A stretch of DNA of 64,000 bases from positions 38,356,138 to 38,420,137 of the forward strand of contig NC_068989.1 in the NCBI RefSeq assembly GCF_001194135.2, given 5' to 3'. The notes under the pieces are model-generated. The model was given only the letters and a program-made list of their open reading frames with translations, was not told the origin of the DNA and searched no databases. Source of the stretch: Octopus bimaculoides. Lineage: Eukaryota. Positions 25,136 through 38,290 of the stretch are shown in pieces. Position 1 is the first letter of the stretch; every line of letters starts with the position of its first letter. The position numbers and the translations under genes are program-made.

Positions 25136-27744
25136 ACCTTTTGGGATCAATTCTTGCTAGGAATTGATAATAGTGATTTAATCAGCTACAGTTTCTCCTT
25201 ACAACGTTTGTAACATTGAGCCACAACGAGGAATTAATGTCAATGTATGTGGCTTTAAAATATCTTTGATATTTATATATGACAAAAATCACCTTTCGCT
25301 AAAGAGTCATTTAATCATTACAACCTGATATTCAATTAATTTATCCTTAGTTCAGTTTCTATGATTTTCAAATTATTTCTCTCCATTATTGAAATGTTGC
25401 AACTAAAATCTAGGTTTCCACATTCATTTGCTTGAGATTCCTGGTTTTGGAATTACATTTTCTTTTCAAAGTGTATTAACAGTTTGCAGTATATATTTTA
25501 GAAGAATGTTTTAAATATTTTCCCTTATTATTTTAGAATTATTTTAATTATTTAAATCTACAACCTAATTATTAAAGCCAAGGAAACTTAAAGCAAGATA
25601 AAATGCATTAAAAATTTAAAATTAATTTCTCTCATTAAAATATTAAACTTTTTCATGAATGTACTTTTATTTGAGTCTTTAAATATGGAAGGAATTTGTA
25701 GTATTAAATTAAGAATGTATACATTATTGATATGAATATATGCTCACATGTATCATCATAATCATCAATTATCATCATCATAATCTTCATCAACAACTTT
25801 CCCTCCTCCTCTGTCTTCTACTTCTTCAATTTCTTCAACTTCTCCTACTTCTCATCTTCATTTTTCCGTGTTTATGATTTAAAGAAGTCTTGGGCACAGT
25901 TTTTCATCACTTTTGTAATCTTTTGTCATTTCCTTCACAAACTTGAACCACCTGAAAGTAGCTTTCCCCACTGCTACTTATGTCTTCCTTACTATTCCCA
26001 TTTGGATCTCCTGGCACATCAATATGGTTTTAGCCCTGTATATGCAACTAAGGATTTTCATTAATTCAACTAATTTCAAATGTGTTTTTACAACTGGATA
26101 CATCTACTTTAGCAAATCACTTTATAAAATGAACTAACTGTATTTTAGTGTAGAACGTGCTCTAAAGAGGTTGTCTGACAGTATACAGCCCCACTCTATA
26201 TGATACTGGTTCTTAGAGTTGGTGCTCTCCAAGATAAACTTGGAGAATGCACATCACCTTTGTGCAGATCTTTGTTTGGACTTACATCTCTACATGAGGG
26301 GCTGCTTTCACTGTGGTTCACAGAGTTCACATCTCCTTCATGCAAAATTTTATTTAGTTTTACTGCTTTTTTTAAGCAGTTACCAGAAAGTTCAAACTTC
26401 TAGTTGGGTCACTTTCAGTACAGCTATTATGCCACATTTCTCCATAATACTGAAATAACAGGGGATGTGATGCTAAAAGCAGACTGGCAAGTTTTATAGT
26501 TTCTGAATTTTTAGACTAGTTATACTTAAGTGCCACTGAACTACTGAAATAGTATCTCTCACCCTAGTGGGTAGGGTATTTAATTACCAACAGGCCCTTG
26601 CTGTCTGGAGTAACTGGCTGTGAATGAATTTGTCTCCATGGCTCTATATAGATAGGACACACACACCACACACACGCGTGTGTTTGTATGTGGGTATCTC
26701 TTTTATGTCTTTGAATTCTTTGTTCTAGGAAGGGATTTGTCTGTAATAAGAAATAACAATACTGTATCATCTATTACAGACATCAGCAGATAAAAACATG
26801 CCAGATTGTTTATTTTTCTTGTTTTGTATGCCCTGTGTTTTTGGCCCTTTTTCTTTATAACTATTTAATATCCTTCCTCCTATCAACCATTTTGCAGTAT
26901 GACAATGCATTCAGTCATAACACTTTCAGAGAGTTGTTATCTACTAAGAAGATTCCACTATTTTGTACTGGTTTTTATTCAGAATTACTTCTCTGATTAA
27001 TAGGATACCTTCACAGCAGCTTTTAGAGTAGACATCTTGTTCCATTCCTTTTATCTTTTTGGTGTCAGTTTTTGGTGATAAGATGAAGTGGTACCTTTAG
27101 AATTGAATATTTGACTTATGATTCATTCTAGCCAATGTTACCATTGTTTTAATATAGTTATTGATAAGTATTTTCCATAATCACCATGAAAATTTTGTAT
27201 TTTATTTTTCCCCAAGAAAATTCAGCTATAAAATGAAATTATATATGAAGATGAAGGAAAACTCCGATTGTTTTCTATAATTATTTTCCCCTTTTATTTA
27301 CTAAACATATGAATTATTTATTACTTTGCATTCCTCTATTGATTCTGTTATGTTTGTCTATGACTTTTCTGCTAATATATTAATTAGTAACTCAAGAAAA
27401 TACACTTCTTTTACATTGGTATGCCTATTTTCTTTCATCTTCTCAGAACTTTCTACCAATATATAAATTAGTTACTCCAAAAATTGTACCATTTTTATAT
27501 TAGTACAATTATTTTGGTTCTTTCTTCTGGAAGTTTCTATTAATATGTGAATTAATCATTCCAATGTTTATTGCATTTATACGATAAGTACTTTCATTTG
27601 CCTTCATTTTTATTTATTTATTTATTTATTTATTTAACACCACTAATATGCAAATAAGTAATTTCATAATTTTAGAAGATGTCACATCATCACCTAAATA
27701 ACATTACTTCCTGCTGCATTTTTATGTTTTTCCTTAATATCTAG

Positions 27745-27855
27745 GAATATAGTTGAGTAATTAAGAAGTTCACTTTGCAGCCACAAGATCCTGGGTTCAG
27801 TTCCACTGTATAACTTCTTGGGTAATTGTCATTTTCTATAGCTTCAGGTTGACTC
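27745..27855 (+). mobile_element. SINE family A head fragment
   Basis: Seen: taagaagttcactttgcagccacaagatcctgggttcagttccact...tctatagcttcagg. Confidence 0.55.
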
Positions 27856-28790
27856 TCATCATTATCTTTTAATGTCCGACTTCTGTGCTGGCATGGTTTG
27901 AACAGTTTGTCAGGAGCCGGCCAAGCAGGAGCCGGCCAAGCAGGAGCCTGCACCAGACTTCTGTGACTGTTTTGGCAGGGTTTTTACAGCTGACTGCCCT
28001 TCCTAACACCAGCCATCCAGTAGAGCAGACTGAGCACTTTTTATGTAGCACAAGCAAGGTCAGTTTTGACATGGTTTTTTACAGCTGGATGCCCTTTCAA
28101 ATGCCAACCACTTTACAGTGTGGACTGGATGCTTTTTATGTGGCATCAGCACTGGCGGGGGTCATCAAGTAACTTGTACGACAAAAATTCTTTGAGAGGG
28201 GAGGGGGAATTGGAGGAGATGGTCTTGTATCAGATGATGAAAAGTTATAGTAAGAAAGACAGATAGAAACAGGTGTCTTGTTGTAGAGGAGGTATATGGT
28301 TACCTGGCCAGAGAGAGAGAGAGAGAGAGAGAGAATGAGGACAGAAACAGGTGTGCTGCTATAGAGGAGATACATTGTTACCCAGCCTGAGGGAAGATCA
28401 GGAGAAGGAGAGAGAGAGTGTGGGAGACAGCAAGTATGCAAGAGGGAGCAGGAGAGATGGTGGCAAAGTGCTGGGCATACTCACTAGGGACAGGGACCAA
28501 TACATAAATGAAATGGTTGAGTAAAAAAGAAAGAGATAGAGGGAGGCAAGTGTCAGGGCATACTTTTGAGGTACAGAGGTCATAGTATAAGTGGCAGGGC
28601 ATTGGCAAAGAAGCATGAATAGAGAGTGGGAGGGGAATGCAATGAGTGGTGAAAACCTGGGTATATAGAGGGGTGGGGGAGGGCTAATGGACAGCAATGA
28701 TACAGTGAACAGGACTGGGGAGTGAGAATAGCACAGTGCATGAAAGAGGAGATGTAAAGAACAGAAGAGATGTAGTTTGGTTTGTTGGGA
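27856..28790 (-). mobile_element. RTE-type 3' UTR/tail relic with GA-rich region; internal 15-bp tandem repeat (27911-27948)
   Basis: Seen: acagctggatgccctttcaaatgccaaccactttacag and gtccgacttctgtgctggcatgg are the revcomp of the RTE tail motifs at 57430-57580; caggagccggccaag occurs x2.5. Confidence 0.6.
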
Positions 28791-30255
28791 AAGGGTGTGT
28801 GAAAGGTTTTCTTTGTTATTTCATTGTACCTTGTGATATAATGGAATCGTTTGAAATATCAGACTGGAGTAATTTGTTTTCCTTTGCAACATTTATGAAT
28901 CTGACATAATGGTTTACTGTTTTTTAGATATTAAAATTGTAACGTTTTCCATGATATTCTACACAAATAATACTTTGTTGGGAAAGGGTGTGTGGAATGC
29001 ACAACGCTTCTAGAATTGAGTTTCGCTGATGTGGGCAGGTCTACTCAAGAACTTCATATCACTAGACATCTCAGTCCATTGCCATTTCCTCTTGTGGGTA
29101 AAACTGAGCAGACAGAAATTGTCTTGAAGCCCATCAGGTGGGTTGTACTTGTAATTCAGTATGACAATCTTGGTCATATGATACTGTGTGAGAATTACTT
29201 TAAGGTTACACTTCTTTCTCATTCAATGTACCTAATAATTCAGATGATCAAACAATTGGATCCTCACTGTTGAATGATGGAAATTCATCCATCTTACCCT
29301 CTGTTATCTAAATTAATAATATAGAAAATATTGCATTTCCATATCATAGAAAATATTTCCTTCTCCTTGTGAATAGTGAAGAGTTAAAAATAAAATACAT
29401 GCAAGCACACAATTAGCTTTTGCAGTATGGTTTTTGTATGTGCACATATATGCAAATATTAGGGTATGTGTATGTTATCTGATCAAAATCTATAACTGTG
29501 AAATGCTTAATTTTCACATTATATATTAGTTTCATTTTATTTTTTTGCATATAAATTTATTTAAGATTTCTTTAGTTTTCATCCTTGATTCTCTCTCTTT
29601 ATGGTATTTATTCCAGAATTCAACTTATTCCTTAAAGAAATAGAAAACACCTTCTCCCCCAAACCCCCGTCTCCCCCCCCCACACACACATACACACACA
29701 CACCACTTATAATTTGTCATACATCAGTGTGTACTTGTATCTAAATCTGTACATATTTCTATCCATGTATTCATATTTTCACATGGTTTGTGAACATAAA
29801 TTGTTTTCACTTGTATCAATCTTAAATATGTATTTTTACCAAAACTTCAACAATTTCAACGTGATTTTTTCAATCAAATAATTTACTTTAATGTATAAAG
29901 TGAGAAATAAATAGAATAGGCCAGAAAATTACAAATTTTGGAGAAAAGAATTTCCCAGTTGATTTATTCCTGCATCTATCTTTTAATGCATTTTACCTTT
30001 CTTATTTAGTTTCCATTTCATCATCATCATCATCATCGTCGTCAGTGTTACGTGTGTATGAGTATGTAACTATGTGTGTGTAACTATGTGTGTGTGTGCA
30101 TTGTTTGCCTCGTAATATCCAAGCTATTATTATTGAGATGCCAATAGCATTTTATTCATTTAAAACCTATTTAATATATCTTAATGCTTACAAAATTATC
30201 AAAGACATCATGTATACACACATATACACACGTATTTATATAAATTCATATATGC

Positions 30256-30318
<63 letters not shown>

Positions 30319-30435
30319 ACACACACTTATGTTTATATGTATGAGAGGAGTTGAGGATGCATGCATAGTGTATGTATTAATAGGTGTACATACTGTTTAA
30401 GTGTTTGTGTGTGGGGAAGAGATAGGAGGGAGGAC

Positions 30436-30473
<38 letters not shown>

Positions 30474-30619
30474 TAGGAGAGAGGATATATATATATATAT
30501 ACTTACACAGTATATATTTGAATATGATTGGACTTCTGTTAATTTAAATGTTTCAGAATATATTTAAGCAAGAGATTTGCTGTGTGTTTGAGCAGGACAC
30601 AAAATTCTCTGTTTCAGTT

Positions 30620-30980
30620 TATTGTAAAGAGGAGGAGGGACAGAATCCCTTGACAGATTAATTCAGTGTAGTTGATTTTTATCTTGAACTTCTGCAGTTT
30701 GAAAGGAGAGAATTCTAAATAGGCGAGTTAGTATAATGTGCAAATTGTTTAGTATTGGGTTTTTGAGGTGTCAACTAGAGTGGTTGTAGGGAGGTGAATG
30801 GATGAAGTAAGCTTTGAGCAGAGATGATACTCAGCTTACAAGTTCAGTGGAAAAGAATTCATTGCAGAGAGTTAGAAGAGGTTGGTATGATTTGTGATAT
30901 ATCAATAGGTTCTAGTGTAATGGTTAGTGAAGCCTTGTCTCTCAGCTGGATGGCAGTTTTGAATATAACTATGCATGTAT
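30620..30980 (-). mobile_element. Old CR1/L2-type LINE C-terminal relic
   Basis: Minus translation ...CSKLTSSIHLPTTTLVDTSK...LEFSPF resembles the CR1-type CSxELxSLIP...TRxS...SFF tail region. Disrupted. Confidence 0.4.
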
Positions 30981-31729
30981 AGAAGCACTACTATTGTTCA
31001 GATTCCAGATATGAGAAATTGCTTAATGTAGATTGTTTTCAAGATATGTAAAAGATCAAAAACTGAAAGATGAAATATACCTTGCCTGTGAAGATGAAAC
31101 ATAATCTTTATGATGTAAATTTGGCAATATTACGATACTGCATTTTTCACCTCTCTCAGATGAAGCAGTTTTTTTGCTTTCATCATTTAGTCAGTAAGTA
31201 AGGCAGTGTTCATGAAACTTTACAAGGTCTCTGAGACACATGTGGGAGAGAATGGAAGGTATTTTTCAACCTGATATCTGGCACAAATGCTTGCAATAGA
31301 GCAGACTCCACTAGAAAGAAACAAGGACCAGGAAGTAGTATTAATCTGGGCAATGAACTCAGTCAGCCACCAATACAAAAACCATAAAACAAACATTTTT
31401 CCTTGTTTCTATTCATTGTCAGATTAAATAAAGTCGTTGAGAAAATCACCACCTCACCAAAACATACACACATACACTCTCTCCCTAAATAAGGGGGAAA
31501 ATGAAACTTTCTTTTGGTTGAGAGGTCCATGTATAATAGTGCAGAACCTCGGTAGGATGGAATATTTGGCAACATCATGATATTGTATAGGTTAGTGTGG
31601 TTAGTGTGGTTTTATCACTTTACTGTAACTTTTATATTTTTCTTTTTTAAGTAGCCAGCAATGGCTTCTAGCTGATGCAACACTGAATATACCCACACAC
31701 GCATGCATGTATAGTGTGTGGTATATTTG

Positions 31730-31771
<42 letters not shown>

Positions 31772-32085
31772 TACACATATAATGTACATATTTAATATGT
31801 AACCTATTGTAAAATATTTGGCCAGATTCCTTGCTCTTGTTTGTTTTCTTTTAGTTCTGTTTGTGGTTTTGCCATGGTTTCCAGTTCCTATATTATTGTG
31901 GTACCACTATTATATAAATAAACTAATTGAATAATGAAGTAAAACTTCTGAAACTAAAGTGGAAAATGAATAGCATTCTGTAACTTAATACTTTTTTTTA
32001 CATTTCACTCTCATATTTTTATAACAATCATGGCTATTAAAGCATTTTTATTTGAACACAGTATTTCAAATCTAAACAATAATAT

Positions 32086-32114
32086 ATTACTATAGCAACA
32101 GTTGCTATAGAAAC
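32086..32114. promoter_or_regulatory. Tandem RFX X-box-like palindromes
   Basis: Seen: ATTACTATAGCAAC (32086-32099) and GTTGCTATAGAAAC (32101-32114). Established X-box consensus is GTHNYY-AT-RRNAAC. Function is inference. Confidence 0.35.
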
Positions 32115-32484
32115 AATTCAACCTCTGCTTGATGAATGTCCATGCTTCTACAGCAATGGATGAAATGAATGTTCAACAGATAACAGTTTATAACAGAAGT
32201 AACATACATAATCACATTGTTTCCTTTATAGATATAGATATTGGTGTAATTAGGTACATTGCTTTATGGTTGATTAAAAACATAAATAAACATAATCAAA
32301 CATTTTGATTACATTAAATCATTCCCATATTTTTGTCATGTTTGCATTAATGTAAACAGGATATTACGTGAACTTTGTTTACTAAGAGTTGTTAATGACT
32401 GTAGTTGCTCATAGCAATGGTAATCCCATCATCAGAATATAAAAGCAGCATTATCATGGTATTAGTATTAACATGATAAGTGTA

Positions 32485-32830
32485 ATATGGCAGATAGGTT
32501 AAGCAGTTTGCTTTTCAATCATGAGGTTTGAATTCGATCACACTGTGTAACATCTTGGACCAATATCCAAAGATCACAAGCTCAATTCTTGGAGACATGC
32601 CATGTCCTTGAGCAAGGCACTTCATTTCATGTTGCTTCAGTCTGCTGGACTGAAAATGAGTATCAGCCATCTGCAGATGCAGCTCTTTCTTTCTCTAGCT
32701 GTCACATCCTTCACATTCCGCTGAGTCATCAAGGGGGAGAACTGAGACAGTGTTGAAATATGCTCATGACTACATCTGAAACAATAAGTGAAAGCAAAGT
32801 ATATGTAACCAAGTAATACTTGCTTCCAAG
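32485..32830 (+). mobile_element. Two fused degenerate SINE fragments (family A head and family C body)
   Basis: Seen: tggcagataggttaagcagtttgc...gaattcgatcac head, then tgtccttgagcaaggcacttcatttcatgttgcttcagtc...aaaatgagta matching 22482-22736. Confidence 0.55.
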
Positions 32831-32936
32831 TGATGGGTATATTTTTTCATATGTATATTGTGTATATGTGCACACACACATATTGATGGATTTTTTGTTC
32901 ATCTCTCTCTCTCTCTCTCTCTGTGTCTATATATAT

Positions 32937-32971
<35 letters not shown>

Positions 32972-33644
32972 GATATCCTTGTGTATATATATATGTGCAT
33001 GCATGTACACAGAGTATACAAATATATGTGAACTACAGCAAGTCATGAAGGTAAGGTGACCAAACAAAATGTTATGCACCAAATAATATAGAAAATATTG
33101 CATTTTCATATCGTAAAAAATATTTCCTTCTTGTGAAGAGTTAAAAAAACAAATACATGTTATGCACCAAATTCCTGGGACCAGAAATGCAACAGAATTG
33201 ATTATAGGCAAAGGAGTTATGCTCAAGAGTGTTTTTTCAGTGCAATGGACTGTTCTCACAAAATTTAGGCCCCTAAAAACTTTGAATTTAAGTACGACAC
33301 ATGCACACACACACACATATATGGGTGCATGCACACACATATACAGGCGCATGCACATACACAGGCTCGCGTACACACACAAGCCTGTTAGATAAATGCT
33401 TAGATGAATATTATTGAGACATTGATTTACAACCACATGCCTTTCCTCGTGCTAACCCTTACCTGTTTTCAACTAAAGCTTTGAAGGCATAAAATGAGTG
33501 GATGATATTTTGATAAAAGAAAGACACCAACAAAGCAATGCATGAACATCATGACTTTTGAAAAAGCAAGTGGCAGATGTAACCAAATGCATACATGTAT
33601 GCACACACACAACAAAGTACAAGGTATGTTGGTGTCCGTTTAAC

Positions 33645-33780
33645 AAATTCATTCACAAGATTTGGTTTGCTAAGGGTTATAGCAGAAGCACACACCCAAA
33701 GTGCCACATAGTGGGACTGAGTTCAAAATCATATGGCTGGAAAACAAACTTATTAACTACTAGCGATACCTCTGCACCTA
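33645..33780 (-). mobile_element. SINE family A head
   Basis: Seen: cccaaagtgccacatagtgggactgagttcaaaatcatatggctgg matches other minus-strand heads. Confidence 0.65.
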
Positions 33781-34469
33781 AACACACAACTAGTGTAACA
33801 TTTTAAGAAAATTTGCTATGAAATCAAACATGATATTCATCCTCTGTCCTTCTTCACTTTTCATATTTTCTGTTCATCAATTTCTTTACCTATTTACCTT
33901 TGTTTGTTTGTATATATATATAAATAGCAAGATAGTTGACTCTATTTTGTTAAAAATGTAGCGCAACAGTTGGCTGACACAGAGAGTCAAGTTCTCTGTA
34001 TCATAGAACTATGTTTAACACTATTTTTAACAGATCAATAATCAACTGCTTTTAATGCAATTTGTTTTTGGCATAATCATCTCTATTAATGCAGATCTTG
34101 AGAGGAACTTATGTGATATATAAGCAGACAATACTACTCATTGCCAGCCATTTTGTTGCTGATATATTCAATGTCATAAACTCTCCCAACTTCTACCAGA
34201 TTTGCTTATTAAAAGTTCTTGTTTCTGAATTTTTGTGCTGCTTTTTATATAGTTTCTCTCGCATGCATTTTTGTTTATAATGAAATCTGTCTTGCTCACA
34301 CATCTTAGACAATTTACTTCTCAGCAAACTTATATTTGCTGTAACCCTTTACTTTTTTTATATATTGCATAAAAAAATACTGTTTACTCACAACATTGCT
34401 TTGTTCTGCAAAAGGTTTTAGTTAAGTATGCTGTCCATTCTTTTAACATGAAAATTCATTTATACTCAC

Positions 34470-35135
34470 TCAAACAATGCATAAATGAGGGTACTTTTTT
34501 TTATATGTCACAAAAATACACTGTAAAAACCACATCCACATTGCAATAACTAAGTCCCATTCACAAGGTGATCCAAAAACATAGAAATTTGTAAAGCAAA
34601 ACTTTACAGTCATTCTGATAAACATGTATCCATGCTTGTATGAATCATATGAAATATCTTGAGGCAGATTTTCTGCCATCAGATGCACTTCCAGTTGACA
34701 ACTCTCACTTGTTTTGGAGCAAGATAATGTTTTCCCATGACTGAATATGTTTTCTTCTATGATTGGAAATGAATGATACACTTGCCTGATGGTGACACTC
34801 ATTTACATCCATCATTCTATGACAAGACAAAAAAAAAGCACAAGCACATACATACATACTTCGCATCGAAGGTTGTCGATTGTCGTACGTTGAGGACGGG
34901 TAAATACCCAGAAACTCGAGTCCGTACGTATCGCAGATCAAGATGGGAAGGATGACTTCCCTTTGCAAATACAGACAGGACACAGATGTGTGTCGATAGC
35001 CAGCTGGAGGAGATGTTCTCCTGGGGCTAAAAGCAACAGTAACATCCACCCTTAGGGGTCAGCCACATTTAAGTGGCAAATATACTTCACCTTGTGCAGT
35101 TACTGTTAATACCTCATTCAGAGATTTAACATTAT
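34470..35135 (-). mobile_element. Decayed RTE LINE 5' UTR plus APE endonuclease N-terminus
   Basis: Minus: ...FTRPQRTT... (cf. RTE RPERRT) and ENIFSHGK...LMAENLPQ...YMFIRM...TNFYVFGSP (cf. YTFFWxGK...LP...DRxMxLR...TxxxxYAPT). The 5' UTR-like gttgcttttagccccaggag...ctccagctggcta is from recall. Inference. Confidence 0.5.
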
Positions 35136-35201
35136 NNNNNNNNNNNNNNNNNNNNNNNNNNNNNNNNNNNNNNNNNNNNNNNNNNNNNNNNNNNNNNNNN
35201 N
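35136..35201. other. Assembly gap
   Basis: Run of N. Confidence 0.99.
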
Positions 35202-35261
35202 AAGAATGTACATTAAGTACAGGACATTGCCAGTGAGTGAAAAATGTGTAACACACACACA

Positions 35262-35400
35262 CTCGATGAGCTTCTTTCAGTTTCCATCTGCCAAATTCAT
35301 TTCACAAAGCTTTGGTTAATCCACAGCTGTAGAAATTTGGTAGAACCGGGAAACAGGTGGTCAAAGGCAAGCTTCTTCACCACACAGATAAGCTTGTATC
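35262..35400 (-). mobile_element. SINE family A head fragment
   Basis: Seen: cttctttcagtttccatctgccaaattcatttcacaaagctttgg...aagcttcttcaccacacag. Confidence 0.65.
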
Positions 35401-35499
35401 TGTATACAATGCCCCCCCCCCACCACCCCACCGAAAGAAATATTTATATATATGTGTGTGTGTACTATGTTATGATACTAAGTGCCCAATTTACAATCA

Positions 35500-35890
35500 T
35501 GATGCTCAGTTCATGTTCCAACATTCCAGGTTTAGGTTCTATAAGATTTCACTGTTTTGACATCAATTGGACTGGCTGAAAGCTGATATCACACATTGAA
35601 GATTTTGTAAATTCTTGGGATATTATCTTGGGAAACAGGCACTTGAACTGAGTCATCAGTCAAAGTTCCACATATTGTGGGACTTCCTGGTAGATATTTA
35701 CCTTGATATTTTCAACAATCCACTATGCAATTTTGTGTGAATATACACACCACTTGTGGGTTTACTTGTTGTCTTTTGAAGTACACTACCCCAAAATAAT
35801 GTAGATAGTAACAGACCAAGTAAGTACACAGCCTTGTTTGACTCCATCAGTGATAGAAAGGTGGTTGAACTGTTGCTTGCAAGAGAGGTT
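35500..35890 (-). mobile_element. Decayed RTE (BovB-like) reverse transcriptase fragment
   Basis: Minus: ...ITDGVKQGCVL... (frameshift) ...TLF...SGVYIHTK..., matching the RTE GVKQGCVLAPTLF...GVYIxxR motif. Confidence 0.65.
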
Positions 35891-36639
35891 GTAACAGACA
35901 AACAGTTATAAAATTACTTGACAACATATGTAATATAAATGTGTTTTTATGTATATATATGTACATTTGCATATATATGTACGTATATCAGTATATAGAT
36001 ATGTGTGTGTGTATGTATAAATGTATGTTTGCATGTGATTTCTTAACTTCATTTCTACTTAGGACTGAAGAGTTTGTTCATTGAATGTTTCTATTAGTGG
36101 TTCCCAAAACAATGATTAAATAAATCAAGGTAGTAGAAGATGTAATATACAAAGACAGGAAAAAATGTTCTAGAAATTTTTCCAATAACCAAAATAGATC
36201 CTGTTTAAATTAATGTTCTATATTTTCGAAGATATTATATTCCAAATATATCTCTTCAGCAGCAACATCATCGAGAATAATAGCCATGCACCCCATCCCA
36301 ACCTTCACCAAAAAAAAAATTTTAAATGTTCTTGGAAAAATTATTTTATAACTCATATATGTTACAATAACAACAAAAAAACCTTGACACAAAAAACAAC
36401 AACCTGAATAAACACCATTAACAACTCCAATCACCTCAAAACATGAATAATAACAACGAAATCTGTGAATAAAATAAGTATCCCATGGAAGAAGAAAATA
36501 TTTAAATGTGTAGCAGGAACATTATAGTAACATTAACAACATAGCAGCAACAAGCAGTAACAACTCCAACAGGAAAGATGATGATGATAACTTAAATAAT
36601 TGCTTCTTCTTACACAGGAAAGATGCTTGAGATTTTTAG

Positions 36640-36930
36640 AGAAGGTTAAATAAGAAAGTGTGATGTTCATATATCGTTACCTTGAGCATCAGTCATGTAA
36701 GCAGTGAAATGAAGTGGTTTCAGCTGCATATCTGAAACGGTAGGTGATTTTGACACCCTGATAATTTATCACTAAAATACATAAGAACATCTTCTCATGC
36801 ACGCAACATAACTGTGTATGGCATTTTTTACAGCAGCAGCAAATGTAACAAAGGGACCCTATATAGACACTCACCTTGCTAAAAATTGGTGACAAATCTC
36901 CCACAGATCTCCAAAACTCCACATTCACTA
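36640..36930 (-). mobile_element. Decayed RTE C-terminal fragment
   Basis: Minus: KVSVY...HEKMFLCILVINYQGVKIT...AETTS, cf. RTE KLxVY...HxRCLRxILxIxWQDKIT...AxxxS. Confidence 0.55.
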
Positions 36931-37874
36931 GCTAGAAAAGGATACTCTAGATAATGTAACTTAAGATATGCTATCTCTGAATGAAAGACTAGCTGGTCAG
37001 TTGGAATATATATATGTTGGATAAGAACTGATCTGGATCTAAACTACAATCTATATACTAGGTGCTAAAAACTAACTGTATCACTCAGCCTACACAAGCA
37101 TATACATCTATATATATATACGTTGAAAGGTTTTGGCCAGTATTGGCCAGTATTGGCCCAGGCCACATCTAACTTAATAGCACCACCTGGCAAATATATT
37201 TTTCTTCTGCAAACTTTTAGGAATGAATTTTTCCAGATGCTGATCACTGCTAGTTTCCTTGTATCTGTGATTTTTCCAAAACACATACAAACACAAATAT
37301 AGAAACACATAAATACACTCTCCTACACACACACACACACACGCATGCACGCATGCACGCAAGCACACACACATACACACACAGTCACTTGCACACATAC
37401 ACACGCCATACACATGCCACATGCACACACACACATACACATAACAGGCATATATGTACACGTTAACTGTTAAAGATCTGTAGTACTCAGTTTTGTTAGA
37501 AATTCAAGTTTTTGATAAGAGGTAGTCCATGGAAATATGACTATTGCATGCATTGACATAAAATTTACTCATGGTCATTGGTAGTCACTGTGAATATGAT
37601 TTTTACCCATTGTTGATTTTTACCTGTTGTCAAGTCACTTTCACAATGTAGGTAGAATACAGTTGTAGATTACATATGTTTTCACATATTTACAAGACAT
37701 CAATGGATATTGACTTCCTGCTTAAATCAGGAATAGATAAATCATTGATAAATAATATCACTGGATTCTAATTCACCACTTGGGATATTAATGGCTATTA
37801 AGTTCAAAAATCAAAGGAAGAAAAATTTGGAGAAATTTATTTGATAAATCATTAAATATAAAAGATATGGCTAT

Positions 37875-38290
37875 AAGTACAGGTGTAGTCACGTGGTTAA
37901 CAGGCTTACCTCCCAACCATGTGATCTTGAATTCAATCCTACTGCATGGCTCCTGGTGCATATGTCTTCTACACTGAGATAACCAAAGCCTTGTGGATGG
38001 ATGGATTTGGTAGACAAATATTGAAAAAAGCCCGTATATGTGTGTGTGTGTGTGAGTGTACCTTTGTCTATTTATTACATGATGGATGTAAATAAGCTTC
38101 ACCATCATACAAGTAAGGTTGTTCATTTCCAGTCTTCTGTGAAAAGAATGTCTAACTCTTACATGAAAATGGGTGGGGGTTGGCAGAAGAAAGGGCATCT
38201 ACTTGTAGAAAATTTGATGCAAATCATTTCATTGGACCCATATGAACATGAAAAAGTAGATGTTGAATGATGATGGTGATAATGATGACA
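37875..38290 (+). mobile_element. SINE family A with RTE-type tail
   Basis: Seen: head, aaagccttgtggatggatggatttggtagac, (TG)n spacer, and tail ggacccatatgaacatgaaaaagtagatgttgaatgatgatg. Confidence 0.75.

Noticed and set aside
34860-35135. Host exon pair with an in-frame TGA (…KGKSSFPS*SAIRTDSSFW…) read as selenocysteine or A-to-I stop recoding
   Set aside because: The segment is better explained as a decayed RTE 5' UTR/endonuclease start. No SECIS, homologue or editing evidence is visible.
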